Source of the DNA: the human T2T-CHM13v2.0 reference genome, Homo sapiens
Strand: one strand, 5' to 3'
Assembly (NCBI RefSeq): GCF_009914755.1
Contig: NC_060927.1
DNA length: 64,000 nt
The position numbers and the translations under genes are program-made. This document shows positions 37,083 through 49,900 of the stretch, piece by piece (the first letter of the stretch is position 1; each line of letters starts with the position of its first letter). The notes below the pieces were generated by a model. The model searched no databases. It saw only the letters and a list, made by a program, of their open reading frames with translations, and was not told the origin of the DNA.

Positions 37083-38431
37083 TAAGAAATTGGACAAACA
37101 CCCAATAATGTAAAGGCTATTTGTTTGGAATTAAGGAAATGATTTGTCAAGGGAAACCAGGGAAAAGCTTCATGTATTTGTATTAAGCTAATAAGATTTT
37201 TCAAGCACTTGGAAATTTCATGGTGTGCTAATGCTGTTGTCAATTACATTTCTGTAACTGTTTTCTGTTTTTAGAGACCATATAAGAATCACTAACATGA
37301 GCTGCATACGCTGGAGGCCCCTCTGCTGTCATTATTTTATGTGCTGGAAAACGCTGCGATGGGAAGACAGCCCGGTCAGATGGGGATGGCCTGGAATAGG
37401 AGCCAGGTATCTGTGTCATGGACTAGTAATACAAGTCTCTTGGCCTCTCTGGGCTTCAGTTTCTTCACCTGTTCAACCAAAGGCATGAACCGAAAGCCTT
37501 CTCAGGTCCCTTTCACCTCGACTGCTCTATGTCAGTATGATCTTTTAAATCAACTCCCTGATTTTACCTATAAGGCCCAGGGGCTCCCCTGGTCACAGAG
37601 CCAGGACACAGTTTAGAACCTAGACCTCCTGACTCAGATTGTCCTCTAGGGCAGACCAACTTCCTTGCCAATTATAGAAGAGGAGCAGGGTTCTATTACA
37701 CTGTTAGCACTTACTTTCTTTGATTCCAGAGCATCCTATTTCACTCCATTTTTCCAAGAATGAAGAACGAGAGCCAGGTCCCAAACCCAGTCCCCAGTGG
37801 GCCACTTAACTTCCCTCTCTTCATGACTCAGGAGTTAGTCCTGTGACTGGCTGCAGTCTTGCACATGCATGCACTTGGCACAGAAGGGCCAGGAGAGAGT
37901 GTAAATGCATCCTGGAGGTCTACTGGGGCGTAATGGAAAAAAGCCATTTGGTGTTCACATGCCATGGCAGTGGACCTCTGAGTGTATCATCGTCTGAGTG
38001 GGAAGTGTGCAGCCAAGAGGCTTGGCCAGACACCAAAGAGGTGTCCTGCCACCTCCCTATCACCACTGTCACACCAACAAGAACAGTGTAGTGAGAAATC
38101 CACTGAGCCTGGGCCATGTCTCACCACGGTCATGTCTAGGGAAAGAGTCATAGGTGCTCCCAGGCGGTTAAACATAAAAGGGCGGCATTTAATTCTCAAA
38201 TGTGTTTGAAAAATTATTTGTTTGCTAGATTTGATAATGCAGACAGAGACTTTGCTACTCTAAATTCCTTGTGTGTCTCCAGGCAGACTGTGATGTACTA
38301 AGGAGATTTCCTTCTATGAGAATCACTCACTCAGGGTTATCCTGCAATTTCATGAGGAAATCCCTTTTAAAAGGCATACTTTAGCTGACAAATGTATCCT
38401 GAAGAAATGCTGAACTAGATTATCCCACTAG

Positions 38432-38960
38432 ATCAGAGCTTTCCAAACATTTTTGAACATGACCCACAGTCAGAAACACGTTTCACCCCATGACCTGATA
38501 CAAACACATCTATATGTAAAAAACTGACACAAAGCACTCAGGACACAAAACCAACTCCTACTTTGTGTAATATATCCTGACAGTTGCACTCTGTTCTGCC
38601 CTCTTCTGTCTGATTCTGTTTCCATTTTTTTATGTTTCATTTTTTAGAGACAGGTCTTGCTCTGTCACCAGGCTGAAGTGCAGTAATCATAGCTCACTGC
38701 AGCCTCTGAACTCCCAGCCTGAAGCATCCTCCCACCTCAGTCTCCCAACTATCTGGGACTACAGGCATGCACCACCATAACCAGCTAATTTTTATTTTAT
38801 TTTATTATTTTTTGTAGAGACAGAGCTTTGCTCTGTTGCCCACACTCATCTCAAACTTCTGGCTTTAAGCTATCCTCCCACTTTGGCTTCCCACAGTGCT
38901 AGGATTACAGGGATGAGCCACCATGCCCAATCTGTTTCCATTTTTTAAAATAGTGGCTGG
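38432..38960. mobile_element. hAT-Charlie MITE (MER112-like) interrupted by an AluJ
   Basis: ctttccaaacatttttgaacatgacccacagtcagaaacac...aactgacacaaa; subfamily uncertain. Confidence 0.4.
38631..38930 (-). mobile_element. AluJ with a 16-bp TSD
   Basis: TSD TCTGTTTCCATTTTTT at 38615-38630 and 38931-38946; AluJ-like body. Confidence 0.9.
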
Positions 38961-39204
38961 GACTTTGCTTCCTCTGTGTGAAAGGCTGCTTACCTGTCCT
39001 GGGGAAGGATAGGAACAAATTACATGAAGCACACTGACCATTCCTTCACCCTTCAGGCAGCTAACTATGGAGGCAAGACACTGAAGTAATGAAAATACAA
39101 ACAGCAACATATGTCAGCCACCTAGAAGGTGTTGCTGGACAATCAGGATGTCACTTTGGGCCAAGCCAGCGCTGGCTCGTTCATTCATTCATTTCCTCTA
39201 CGTG

Positions 39205-39653
39205 ATTTGGAGCCCTTGAGAAGTAGATGCCAAGGTGGGTTCAACTTTCAAGGATTTTCTTAGGAGAAATGCCCATGCCAGAGAAAACAAGGCAGGAGCT
39301 AGGCAAGGCTTGGAGAGTACCAGAGTCAAATGGTAATGCAAGTCCACCCAAGTAGAGAGAGGGAAGGGAGACTAGACTGCTGCGTGCCCTAGACTGCTGT
39401 GTCACCTAAAGAAGGTTTGGCAAGGCTGTTAGGGAGCCCTTGAGCCGAAGTTGCCATCCAAGAAGTCCCATGTCTCCCAGAAACAGGACTGCCTCAGTAT
39501 CCCTGCTGTGCTGGGTCATTGGTTGGGAGCAGCAGCACCAGGCAAGCTCCACGCCAGTGTGGAGCTGGGCCTCTCAGCACAGCAGCAGGGCCCTTGACCA
39601 CCTGTGCTCCCTGTGCTAGGCATGCTGCTGGGTGCGTGCTCATGGCAGCCACA
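39205..39653 (-). mobile_element. ERVL LTR16-family solo LTR
   Basis: gagaagtagatgccaag...gtcccatgtctcccagaaacaggactgcctcagtatccctgctgtgct...ctcatggcagccaca. Confidence 0.7.
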
Positions 39654-39899
39654 CCCTCCTCCTTCTCTTCTTCCCTCTCTTGCTCCTTCCTTCAATTAAC
39701 ACTAAGTGAGTCTCTAGCCTAAGCCAGCTGTTGGAGCAGAGAATGGAGAGACAGTGGTGAGCCAAACCCACCCCCTGCCTCCAGGAATCTGCAACCTTGT
39801 GGGGACACAAATGTGAAGGAAAAAATTCCACCAGAGGATGAAGAGTGGTCAGTGTGAGAAATGTTTCCAAGTGAAGGGCCTCTCGACAGTATGAAGTTA

Positions 39900-40440
39900 A
39901 AATAGCGGGGACAGGGGCTCAGAAAAGTTCCTGAGCCAATGATGTGGACCTGAGGTCTGAAGGATGAATAAAAGTTTACTGGGTGAAGAGGGGAGGGAAG
40001 AGTGTTCCTGGCAGAGGGACCAGCATGTGTCCAGGTGATTTCTTGGGATGACAGGAATAAGGGGCTGAAACAGCTGGGGTAGATTGAGTGAAGCTGGGGA
40101 AGTGAGGTGCTGGGAGCGGGCGAGGGAGTGGATAGGGCCTGCAGGATCGGGGAGGCTTCTTGTCACCCACCAGCGGTTTTAATGGAGGTCGACATGATCA
40201 GATTTGCATTTTATAAAGGCCACTCTGCCTGTGGTGTAGAGGATGGCTGGGGGAAAGAGTAGGACCAGGGATACTAGTTGTCCAGGTACGGAGGTAATTA
40301 ACAATGCAGTTGTTCCTGGGAGAGTGTTGAGGGCTTGGACCGGGGTAGAGCTGGTGGAAAGGGAAAAAAATGGCAAACTGGGAGAGACTGAAGAGGCTGC
40401 ATGGATAGAACCTGGGGATGAAACAAATGGGGTGGGAGGT
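39900..40440 (-). mobile_element. L2 LINE fragment
   Basis: ctgaggtctgaaggatga...agagtgttcctggcagaggg...gacatgatcagatttgcatttt. Confidence 0.6.
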
Positions 40441-42641
40441 GACAGGGATGCCTCCACATCTACGACTCACACCAGCCCAAAGCCTCCGTGAAGAACCAGA
40501 TGTGGGCAGTGAGTGCAGAGACAGATGCACTGCCCCACTATGTCCCCTTGTCTTGGGGACAAGAGCGCCTGTGCTGTCACCCCCGGTATCCTTTCACGTG
40601 TCCTCTCTCTGCCAACCCCAGGATCTCTTGGCATACATTTACCTCAGCCGCACTCTTCAGTGCTCTGCATCCAGGCTACGCGGAGGCTGCATGTTACAGG
40701 AGCCGTGCATCCCTGAAGACTTGGAATAAGTCAAGATTTACATAATCCCAGAGACATCCTTCCAAAGCGTGATAGTAACTCTGTTCCATGGCTGGAGTGG
40801 CTCCTCCAGGTGCCAGCAGCATAAACCCACCTTTCAATCAGTCTGCAGCTCAGAAATACTACCTGATTCTAGACAGGCTTTTCAACGTAATAGGTTGAAT
40901 TATTATGTCTTGTACATAAATTAAGACTTTACATTTTTATACTGCTATTTATAATGTATATAATGCAAATCCATGTAAACTATGGTTACTTTGGGTTTCT
41001 GCTTTCCTGAAGCCTCTACCATCTGCAGACAGCCTCTGATACCTAACAGAGCCAGATGCTTGTACTCATATTTGTCCAAAGTCTTGGACTCCCACCCCAA
41101 GCCCTAGCCTGGCCCCTCTCAACTTAGCAAAAATCCGTGAAGAGACCTTAAAGAGGAAGCCAGAGCTCACTGGGCAGGAACAGTCTCAGAAGGCTATTTG
41201 GCGGTGCTAGAAATAGAACAGAGCTTTGAAGGATGGGCTAGGCCAGAGGAGACAGAGAAGGGAGAGAGGCTATGGGGGTCAGCCCAGCATGCTTTGGGGC
41301 CACTGATTAGGCAGTCTCAGCTATGAGCACAAAGGGTTGGAGTAAATTTTTAGGGAAAATAATATTTCTGCATTCCCCGTGTCTAGGGATGTTTCCTTCA
41401 GACATCTGTTTTGGCTTCATTAGAAGGGACAGAGATGCTGTTTTCTATATTTTTGCATTGCCAGAGCTCAGCACAGTGACATATGGTAGAAATGCAATAA
41501 AAGTTCATTGAATGATTGAGTGAGTGGGTGAGTGAAAGCACTGCACAGGTTCACAAGATATTTGTCCTACTTAAGTGCTGATTTGTTTTCCAACATTTTA
41601 TTATGAAAAATTTCAAACCCACTGAAAAATTAAAATCGTGGAGTGATCACACATACATTCTCCACCTAAATTCTAAATTTTACAGCTTATTGTGCAGGCT
41701 TTATCACGTATCTAGCCATCAGTTCAACCATCTATCTATCCATCCATTGTATTTTTTTATGCATTGCAAAGTTGCAGACATAAATATGCTTTACCTCTAC
41801 TCATTTTAGCATGCACATCCTTAACTAGAGTCCAATATTTGTTGGCATTTCTGTTTTTCCTTGTTAAAATTTAAAAAATTTAATTATGGCCAAACAGACA
41901 TAATATCAAACTTACCATCCTAACCATTTTCAAGTGTACAGTTCAGTAGCATTAAAAACATTCGCATTGCTGTGCAAACATCACCACCATCCATAGCTAT
42001 AACTCTTTCATCTTGCAAAACTGAAGCTCCGTATTCATTAAACAATAACTCCCTCATTCCCCTCTCTTCCTAGCCCCTGGAAACAACCATTTTACTTTTT
42101 GTCTCTGAATTTGACTACTCTACATACTTCATATAAATGGAATAATACAGTATTTGTCCTTTTGTGACTGGCTTATTTCACTTTGTATGCGCTCCAGGTT
42201 CATTCATGTTGCAGCATGTGTCAGAATTCCCTTCCTTTTTAAGGCTAAATAATATTCCAGTATGTATATATTACACTTCGTTTATCCATTCATCTGTCAT
42301 TGGACACAGGGTTGCTTCCACCTTTCGGCTATTGTGAATAATGCTTCTATGAACATGGGTGTACAAGTATCTGTTGAAATCTCTGTTTTTAATTTTTGGG
42401 GTATATACTCAGAAGTGGAATTGCTGGATGATATGATAATTCTATTTCTATTTTTTTGAGGAACTTCCATACTGTTTTCCATAGTGAATGCACAATTTTA
42501 CATTACCACCAGTAATGCACGAGTTTAAATTTTTACACATCTTCCCAACATATGTTTTTTTTTTCATACTAGCCATCCTAATGGATGTGAAGTGGTGTCT
42601 TAGTACATTTTTGTGTTATTAGAAAGAGATATCTGAGGCTG

Positions 42642-42977
42642 TGTTCCATGGTGAGCAGGTCTATGCAAACCTACCCCCAAAGGCCAAGGAAGATGAAAGA
42701 CCAAAGAAAGAAGCTGACAAATCCAATTTCTTAGAAAAAAAATATTTAACAGAGATTTATGAACAGAAGCATGTTTTGGGCAGCCATAAGACAAGATGGT
42801 GGATCCCCGCACTGTTATCCCCCAGGCCCAGGGCTTATATACCATAAGGAATTTGCCTAAGGACAGGGTTTATGGTAAATATGTGAAAATAGATATCTTA
42901 GAGGTATTCCCAGAACTGGGGTTAATAAGAAGTCATGGCAGATTAGCATCCGAGATGGAGTTGCTTTAGCCTTCACA
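42642..42977 (-). mobile_element. ERVL solo LTR (LTR47-like) inserted in the MST LTR
   Basis: TG...CA termini; end agatggagttgctttagccttcaca is the reverse of the LTR47-type start; TSD GGCTG/GACTG at 42637-42641 and 42978-42982. Confidence 0.7.
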
Positions 42978-43312
42978 GACTGGGTAATTTATAAAGAAAA
43001 GAGGTTTATTGGTTCATGGTTATGAAGGCTGCACAAGAAATATGGTACCAGCATCTGCTTCTGGCGAGAGCTTCAGGCTGCTTCCATTTGTGGCAGAAGA
43101 TGGAGACAGCCTGTGTGTACAGAGATCACACGGCCAGAGAGGAGGAAAGAGGGACCGGGGGAGGTGCCAGCCTTTTTTGAACAACAGCTCTCATGGGAAC
43201 TAATAGAGTGAGAACTCACTCATCCCCGTGCCTAGGGAATTAATCTATTTATGAGGAATCTGCCCCCCCGACCCAAACACCTCTCATTAAGCCCTACCAC
43301 ACACTGAGGGTT

Positions 43313-43564
43313 AAATTTCAACACAACATTTGGGGAGGTCAAATTTCAACATGAGATTTGGAGGGGTCAAATTTCAACATGAGATTTGGAGGGGTCACAT
43401 TTCAACATGAGATTTGGAGGGGTCACATTTCAACATGAGATTTGGAGGGGTCAAATTTCAACATGAGATTTGGAGGGGTCACATTTCAACATGAGATTTG
43501 GAGGAGTGAAATTTCAACATGAGATTTGGAGGAGTGAAATTTCAGCATGAGATTTGGAAGGGTC
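43313..43564. repeat. 28-bp minisatellite, 9 copies, consensus AAATTTCAACATGAGATTTGGAGGGGTC
   Basis: Counted directly; head-to-tail units without spacers. Confidence 0.97.
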
Positions 43565-44686
43565 AAACAAGCCCAACTATAGCAGGTGGTATCTCATTGT
43601 GGTGTTGATGTGCATTTCCCTAATGATTACTGATGTTGAGCACCTTCTTATGTGCCTTTTGGCCACTTGTGTGTCTTCTTTGGAGAAATGTCTACTCAAA
43701 GTCCTCTGCCTCTTTTTGCCTTTTGAGGTAAAATTTACATATGATAAAGTGCACAAATCTTAAGTGTGCCATAAGATGAGTTCTGACAAATGCATCTCAA
43801 ACTCTGTCGAGGTACAGAACATTATCATCACCCCAGACAGTTCCTTCAGATTCCTTCTCAGTAATCCACTCCCTCCACCCTCCAGACACAACCACTATCC
43901 TGGTTCTTAAAAGTCTGTCATAGATTCGTTTTGCCTGTTATAGAACTTTATGTGGATTTATACAGTATGTGCTCTTTCGCGTCTGGCTTCTTTCACTCGG
44001 CATAATGGTTTTGAGATTCACCCATGTTCATTCCTTTTGATCGCTGAGCAGTATTCTTTTCCATGAATAGGCCAGAGTTTCTTTATTCTTTTGTTGATGG
44101 ACTGGACTGTTTCCAGTTTGGGGATATAATGAATAAAGCTTTTTAAGAGCTTATGTTTTATTGTAACAAAAGCAAAATATCATGAGCTTGAAGCCTTGAT
44201 AAAAATCTCCCACTAAGCCTAATATCCTTTTGGATAGAAAAATAAACAAATCAATAAGTTCTGCCCTTTGTAGAGGGCTTATAATGTGCCAGGCCGTCTG
44301 CTGAGCGTTTTCCTTCCATCAATCATTCCATTTAATCCTCACAGCCCCATCTGCTAGATGAGTAAATAAAGGTTTACAGCAGGAAACTGACTTGCCCAAA
44401 CTCTAATAGCCTGTGTGTGGCAGACCCTATTTTGCCTTTTGGGAAGTGCTGTGAGCATCAGTAGTTATCCCAAGGCCAAGAAAAGATGAGTATGGTGTTT
44501 TGCTTTCTCAGTTATCACACTTTATTACAATACTGATGTCATTTTTATTTGCCCTCTGTGATGAGCATTAATTATATTACGGGAAAGGGGAGAAAGCCAA
44601 GTATTGCAACTTTAGAAGTAAAGACCACTCCCTTACTAAGAAATCTTTGGAGACAGCAAGGAATTTTAAAAAAGTAATGGTACATG

Positions 44687-44986
<300 letters not shown>

Positions 44987-45229
44987 TTAATGCTACATGA
45001 AAAAATTTCTATTACAAAATATTAGAAAATAATAAGAGCACCAAAAGATAAGTGCCTGATCAGCTTGCTATCCATATGTAAATGTAGATATGACCAAATT
45101 GGAAAGTTTTGGCAGAAAACTTGCAGAGGAAGGAAAGAAAGATTTATGACTAGTGTTTATCTACTGTCCGCGAAGTGCCAGGAAAGCCCCCTGCTGGGTA
45201 ACTTACATATGTTTAACTCATTCCAGCTT

Positions 45230-45700
45230 CCCTGCAGCCTCAGCAGCCCTTCTCCCCTTGTTTTTTAGGAATGGAACTCCTGGCTTTTAGCTAAACTTGT
45301 GGTCTCCCAGAAAAAACATTTCTCGCAGCTTCCCTGATGGCTAGATTTGGCACGTGACTGAATTTGACCAATGGGATGTCAACTGAAGGGTCGCGTACAA
45401 CTTCCAGGAAGGGCGTGACCTTAAAGGGGCTTGTGCCTTTCTTTGCCCCTTCCGCCTTCCGGATGGATGAAAGCAGAAGCAGTGGCTGGAGCTAGAGCAG
45501 CTATTTAGGACTATGAGATGGAAGAAATGTGGTGACAATAGCAGAACAAAAATATAGAAATCTCGGGTACTTGATGACCACGGAGCCGCCATACAAACTC
45601 TGGACTATAATTTCCAGAGACTGTTTATGTGAGAGAGAAATATACTTCTCCTGTTAGGCTACTGTTAACTCTGTGTTTTCTGTCAGTTCTGATATAGGAG
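45230..45700 (+). mobile_element. MaLR LTR (MLT1J-like)
   Basis: catttctcgcagcttccc...gtgactgaatttgaccaatgggatgt...ggctggagctagagcagcta...gtgagagagaaata. Confidence 0.75.
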
Positions 45701-46896
45701 GCATTGTCATCCCATTTTACAGACGAAGAGACGGAGTCTCAAGTTTCCATAGCTGGTGTGCACTTTAGTTCCTCAAGGACAATAATGCCCCACCCTTGAG
45801 GTTGGTTGATTCACTCAACTCCCAAAGTTGATAATGTTGAGGTGCCAAAAAAAGTGTCCCCTTCAGGTTTCACTCACTGGAGCTATGTCATGTGCCCACA
45901 GATACGGAAACATGCCACTAAAAGTTAGCCCTGGAGGGCCTTTAAGTCAGCTTTCAAAGAACAACAGATCTGGTTTTGTGACTCTGGGAAAATTACCATC
46001 CAAGCCTCAGTTTCTTCTTCTCTAAAATGGGAAGGATAGTAAAAGTACCTGCGACAGAGTTGTTGGGAGGACCGAGCAAGAGGATGCACAGTGCCTGGCC
46101 CTGACCAAATGAACAAGTGGGAGTTTTTATTATTAGTCCCTGGGCTGGGCTGGAATCAGACCCCCTGGTTATTTCTTTTTCCATATCTTCCTTTCTGCCA
46201 TTTTGGAGCTTCCCCCCTCCAGCCTCCGTCCCCAGACAAGATTAAACAAATGTCTCTTTTCTCCTTGCAGACTGTGCTCCCCAGGGCGCCCTCAGCTCTG
46301 TCCACACAAGTCCCTCCTATGATCAGCTGCACCCTAGGCTCAGCTGGAAAACAAAACATGCACTGCATGGTTGCCACATCCTAGCCATGGGCCTCAGTTT
46401 TCAAGCTCCAGGCAGTTTTAGCAAGAAAACTGATGTTCCTAAAATCAGGACTGCATTTCTTACATTTCCACTGCTGATTCTCAAAAAATGTTGGCACAAA
46501 CAAACCCAAACCACGAGGCAGCAAAATTAGTCTTCAAAGCCCTCCTGTAAGTTAAACGCCCTCTCAAAGGTACCTGCAGAATCCACATTCAGGTCCCTGT
46601 GGGGCCGTCCTCTGTGGGTCTGCTTTGAGCTTTGAGCAGAGGAGGTTCCAGCACAACGCATCTGTCTGGGTGTGATTCTCCAGCCTCTGTTGTCTGTCAA
46701 ATGAATCCTTCCTATATGATAATGAATACTGCACAGATTAATGCAGTGGATCCCCACCCATAGACCAGGAGGCTCTTTTGGGGAGACAGAGAGGTTTTGC
46801 GAGATGATCTTCAAACCCATCGATAAGCTTATTGTCCATGGACCAATCTCTTCTGTGTCTCCCACAGGGTTCTACCACTATATTTCAAATGTATAT

Positions 46897-46939
<43 letters not shown>

Positions 46940-49900
46940 ATTGTGATGAATAAATATAAATATCTATTTATATTATATATTCATATTATATATATTTATA
47001 TTATATATTTATATATATATTTATATTATATATATTTTTATATATTTATATTATATATATTTTTATATATTTATATTATATATATTTTTATATATTTATA
47101 TTATATATATTTTATATATTTATATTATATATTTTTATATATTTATATTATATATATTTATATATATATTTATATTATATATATTTATATTATATATATT
47201 TATATATATTTATATTATATATATTTATATATATTTATATTATATGTATTTATATTATATATATTTATGTATATTTATATTATATATATTTATATATATT
47301 TATATAATATATATATTTATATTATATATTTATATAATATATATATTTATATTATATATTTATATTCATATATTTTTATTATATATATTTATATTAAAAT
47401 ATATATTAAAAATAAATATATATAGTCATTGTGATGAATAAAATACTTCATTAAAAATAATTATGTAAGATTAGATAATCAATAGACACTAAATACACAC
47501 CTACTATCCGCTAGGGTTAACCAACTCCTAGCTTAATGCCATTCAACAAGAACTTCCTAGAAATAGTCCCATAGCTAGTGACCCTCATGGTGGAGCTTCA
47601 GACAACAAAAACAAGTCAGGGAATGAATACTTGGAGGCCACCAGAGCATTTGGCCACCTTCAAACCACACTGAGATGGAAGCTTGGCTTGTGTGCAGTCC
47701 AGCTGAGAACTGGGCTAAGAACTGAGAAACAGCAACCCAAACCCTTGTGCCCAGAGAGCACAGCATGACCACCTCCTCCACTTCCCTAGTGTGGGAAGGA
47801 GTGTCGGGACCCACGTGCGTCAAGCACCCAGTGCCCAGCAATCACAACCACAGGCAGCAGGGAGATGAGGCAGAAGGGGTGAGGGATGTAGCAGTGGGAA
47901 TGTGTGTGGGCAGGAAAGCTACTCACCCTCTCGTTTCAGCTACAGTTATCTAACTGCAAGCAACAGAAATCCACTCTGGGCAACCTAAGCCAGAAAGGAA
48001 GATAAATTGAAGAACCAGAACTCAGAAAGGGAAGAAGGGGGATTGTGGTAGAAGATACTTTGAGGGAGAGATGAATCTCTTCCAAACATTTTCTATCTGC
48101 CTGTTACTTAATCAATATTGGGTTCTTTGGGAAGAGGGTACGACTGGCCAGGGGAGAGCAGGATACCATCAGTGGTGGCTTCCTGGCATCTGTTCACCAA
48201 CATGGGGGAAGAAAGCACATCCCTCAAAGAAAGCCAGGATGCTGGCACCAGAAAAAGGGGGAAGGATGCTGAGCATGGAGCAGACAGAGACGTCTCTTCT
48301 CTCTCTGGGACTGCATCTTTTCATCTGTAAAATGGGAACAACTGTGGCTACATTGTGAAAATGTAATGAGATAACACAGAGCACAGTGTGGCTTATGGGA
48401 AGTGCCTAATATGTAATAATTTTAAATAATTTTAGCTAAATAATTTTAGCTTACCATCTTAATTTTTGATTCAGGTCTATCTGAACTTTTTCTCCAGAGA
48501 ATGAAGATACTGTCATTACCTCTGCAAAGAATGCATCCTAGCACAGATCAAAGATCTTCCAAGTCCAGCCACACCATTTTACAGTTCTGAACCTCGACTT
48601 AGGAAAGCAGTGGATCTTTATACATTTGACACATCCCTTCCCTCTAGGGTAAGAAAAAATAAGCCTAGTTTTGCATAAGTCCTTTTCTGTAGGCTGGGGC
48701 TCTGAAGGAAGCGAACCCCATGGCCAATCCATCTGAAGTCAAGGTTAATAGGGCTATTATACTAAAGATGTGGTATTAAAGATCTCCCTCTGGCACCGTG
48801 TTCTTTATGATGCATGGCCAATTGCCCACTGAGGAAGATATTGCAACCGGAGCAATTTTATTCCAAAAGCATATCATTTTGTTTTTATTCCCACTGACAA
48901 GCACATACGTCTTTAAAAAAAAAAAAAAAGTGACTATTGGTCAAAGTTACATTTTTCCCACACATTTTTCAACTTTTGGGATTGTATATTCCAGGCTGGA
49001 CATGGGCACTAACCAGGCGCTTCCTGATGGATGGGCTTGGCTGTTTTCTCCATGGTTTCTTGGCTCAAATTTTTGCCAACTTACATATTTTTGCTTAGTT
49101 TTGACATCTTCTTTCCATCAAACCAGATGTTTCTGTTTCTTTGCAATGTCAGTTTTTCCCCATCAAAAGCATGAAATTTGACCAATTATTTACTGATAGT
49201 TATTGAAAGATGAAGTTATTGAAAGATGGCAAGTTACAAGTTTCAAAATCCATCTCTGGTTCATTCGTTTGAAATAATTGACTATATGATATGGTAGATA
49301 TCAATTATATGATAAACCTTTCAGGGGTTTTTTAAATGTTAAAAATAAAGTGATAATGCTGGCCTTAGCATATTAATGATTTTGGTTTTCCTCCTAAGAA
49401 CAATGGAAAGATATTAATCTTTGGCAGAGGATAAAGTGGCCAGATTTGTGTTTTAACAGATCTCTGTGGCTATTGAAAATGGACTGGAGAAGATGAGTGG
49501 GAGTGAGAAGAGGATAACAGAATCAGATAAAAACCTGTCATGTTACTAAGAGCAGGAGATGAGGCAGCCTGGACCAAGATGGTGGCAGAGAGAAGAAAAT
49601 TGCTTGAGAGAATTGATTAAACTACTTGGTTAGCACAGATAGAGCTGAATCAAAAATTAGGATGGTAAGCTAAGTAATTTTACACACAAAAAGGCAGAGT
49701 TGCATTCATAATTAGTCTCTCCTTCAGACTGAATATTACAGACAAAATATAGCCATTGGTGTTGCAATCACTTCCTTTGGGTTTGTATCCAAGGTTAAGA
49801 ATGTCAGCATCCAAAGACCCAAATTCTTAATGTTTTTAGTTGATAAAGTTTATTCAAGGTAGACAGCCTGTGTTGAATAACTTAGTCTTCCACAAATTTC

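Larger units (their letters stand above)
42596..43584 (-). mobile_element. MSTB/MSTB1-type MaLR LTR inserted in the L1
   Basis: tgtcttagt...actgggtaatttataaagaaaagaggttt...actatagca; 5-bp TSD AGTGG/GGTGG at 42591-42595 and 43585-43589. Confidence 0.85.
41590..44160 (-). mobile_element. Old L1 fragments (L1MB/L1MC-type) hosting nested LTRs
   Basis: accatcctaaccattttcaagtgtacagttcag...gtgactggcttatttcact...agccatcctaatgg | tggtatctcattgtgg...tttggagaaatgtcta. Confidence 0.8.

Noticed and set aside
43313-43564. 28-bp direct repeats resembling a CRISPR array
   Set aside because: Units are contiguous with no spacers, derive from an MST LTR, and the DNA is primate with no cas genes.
46832-47425. 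197-aa Ile/Tyr-rich ORF
   Set aside because: Translation of the AT-rich repeat.
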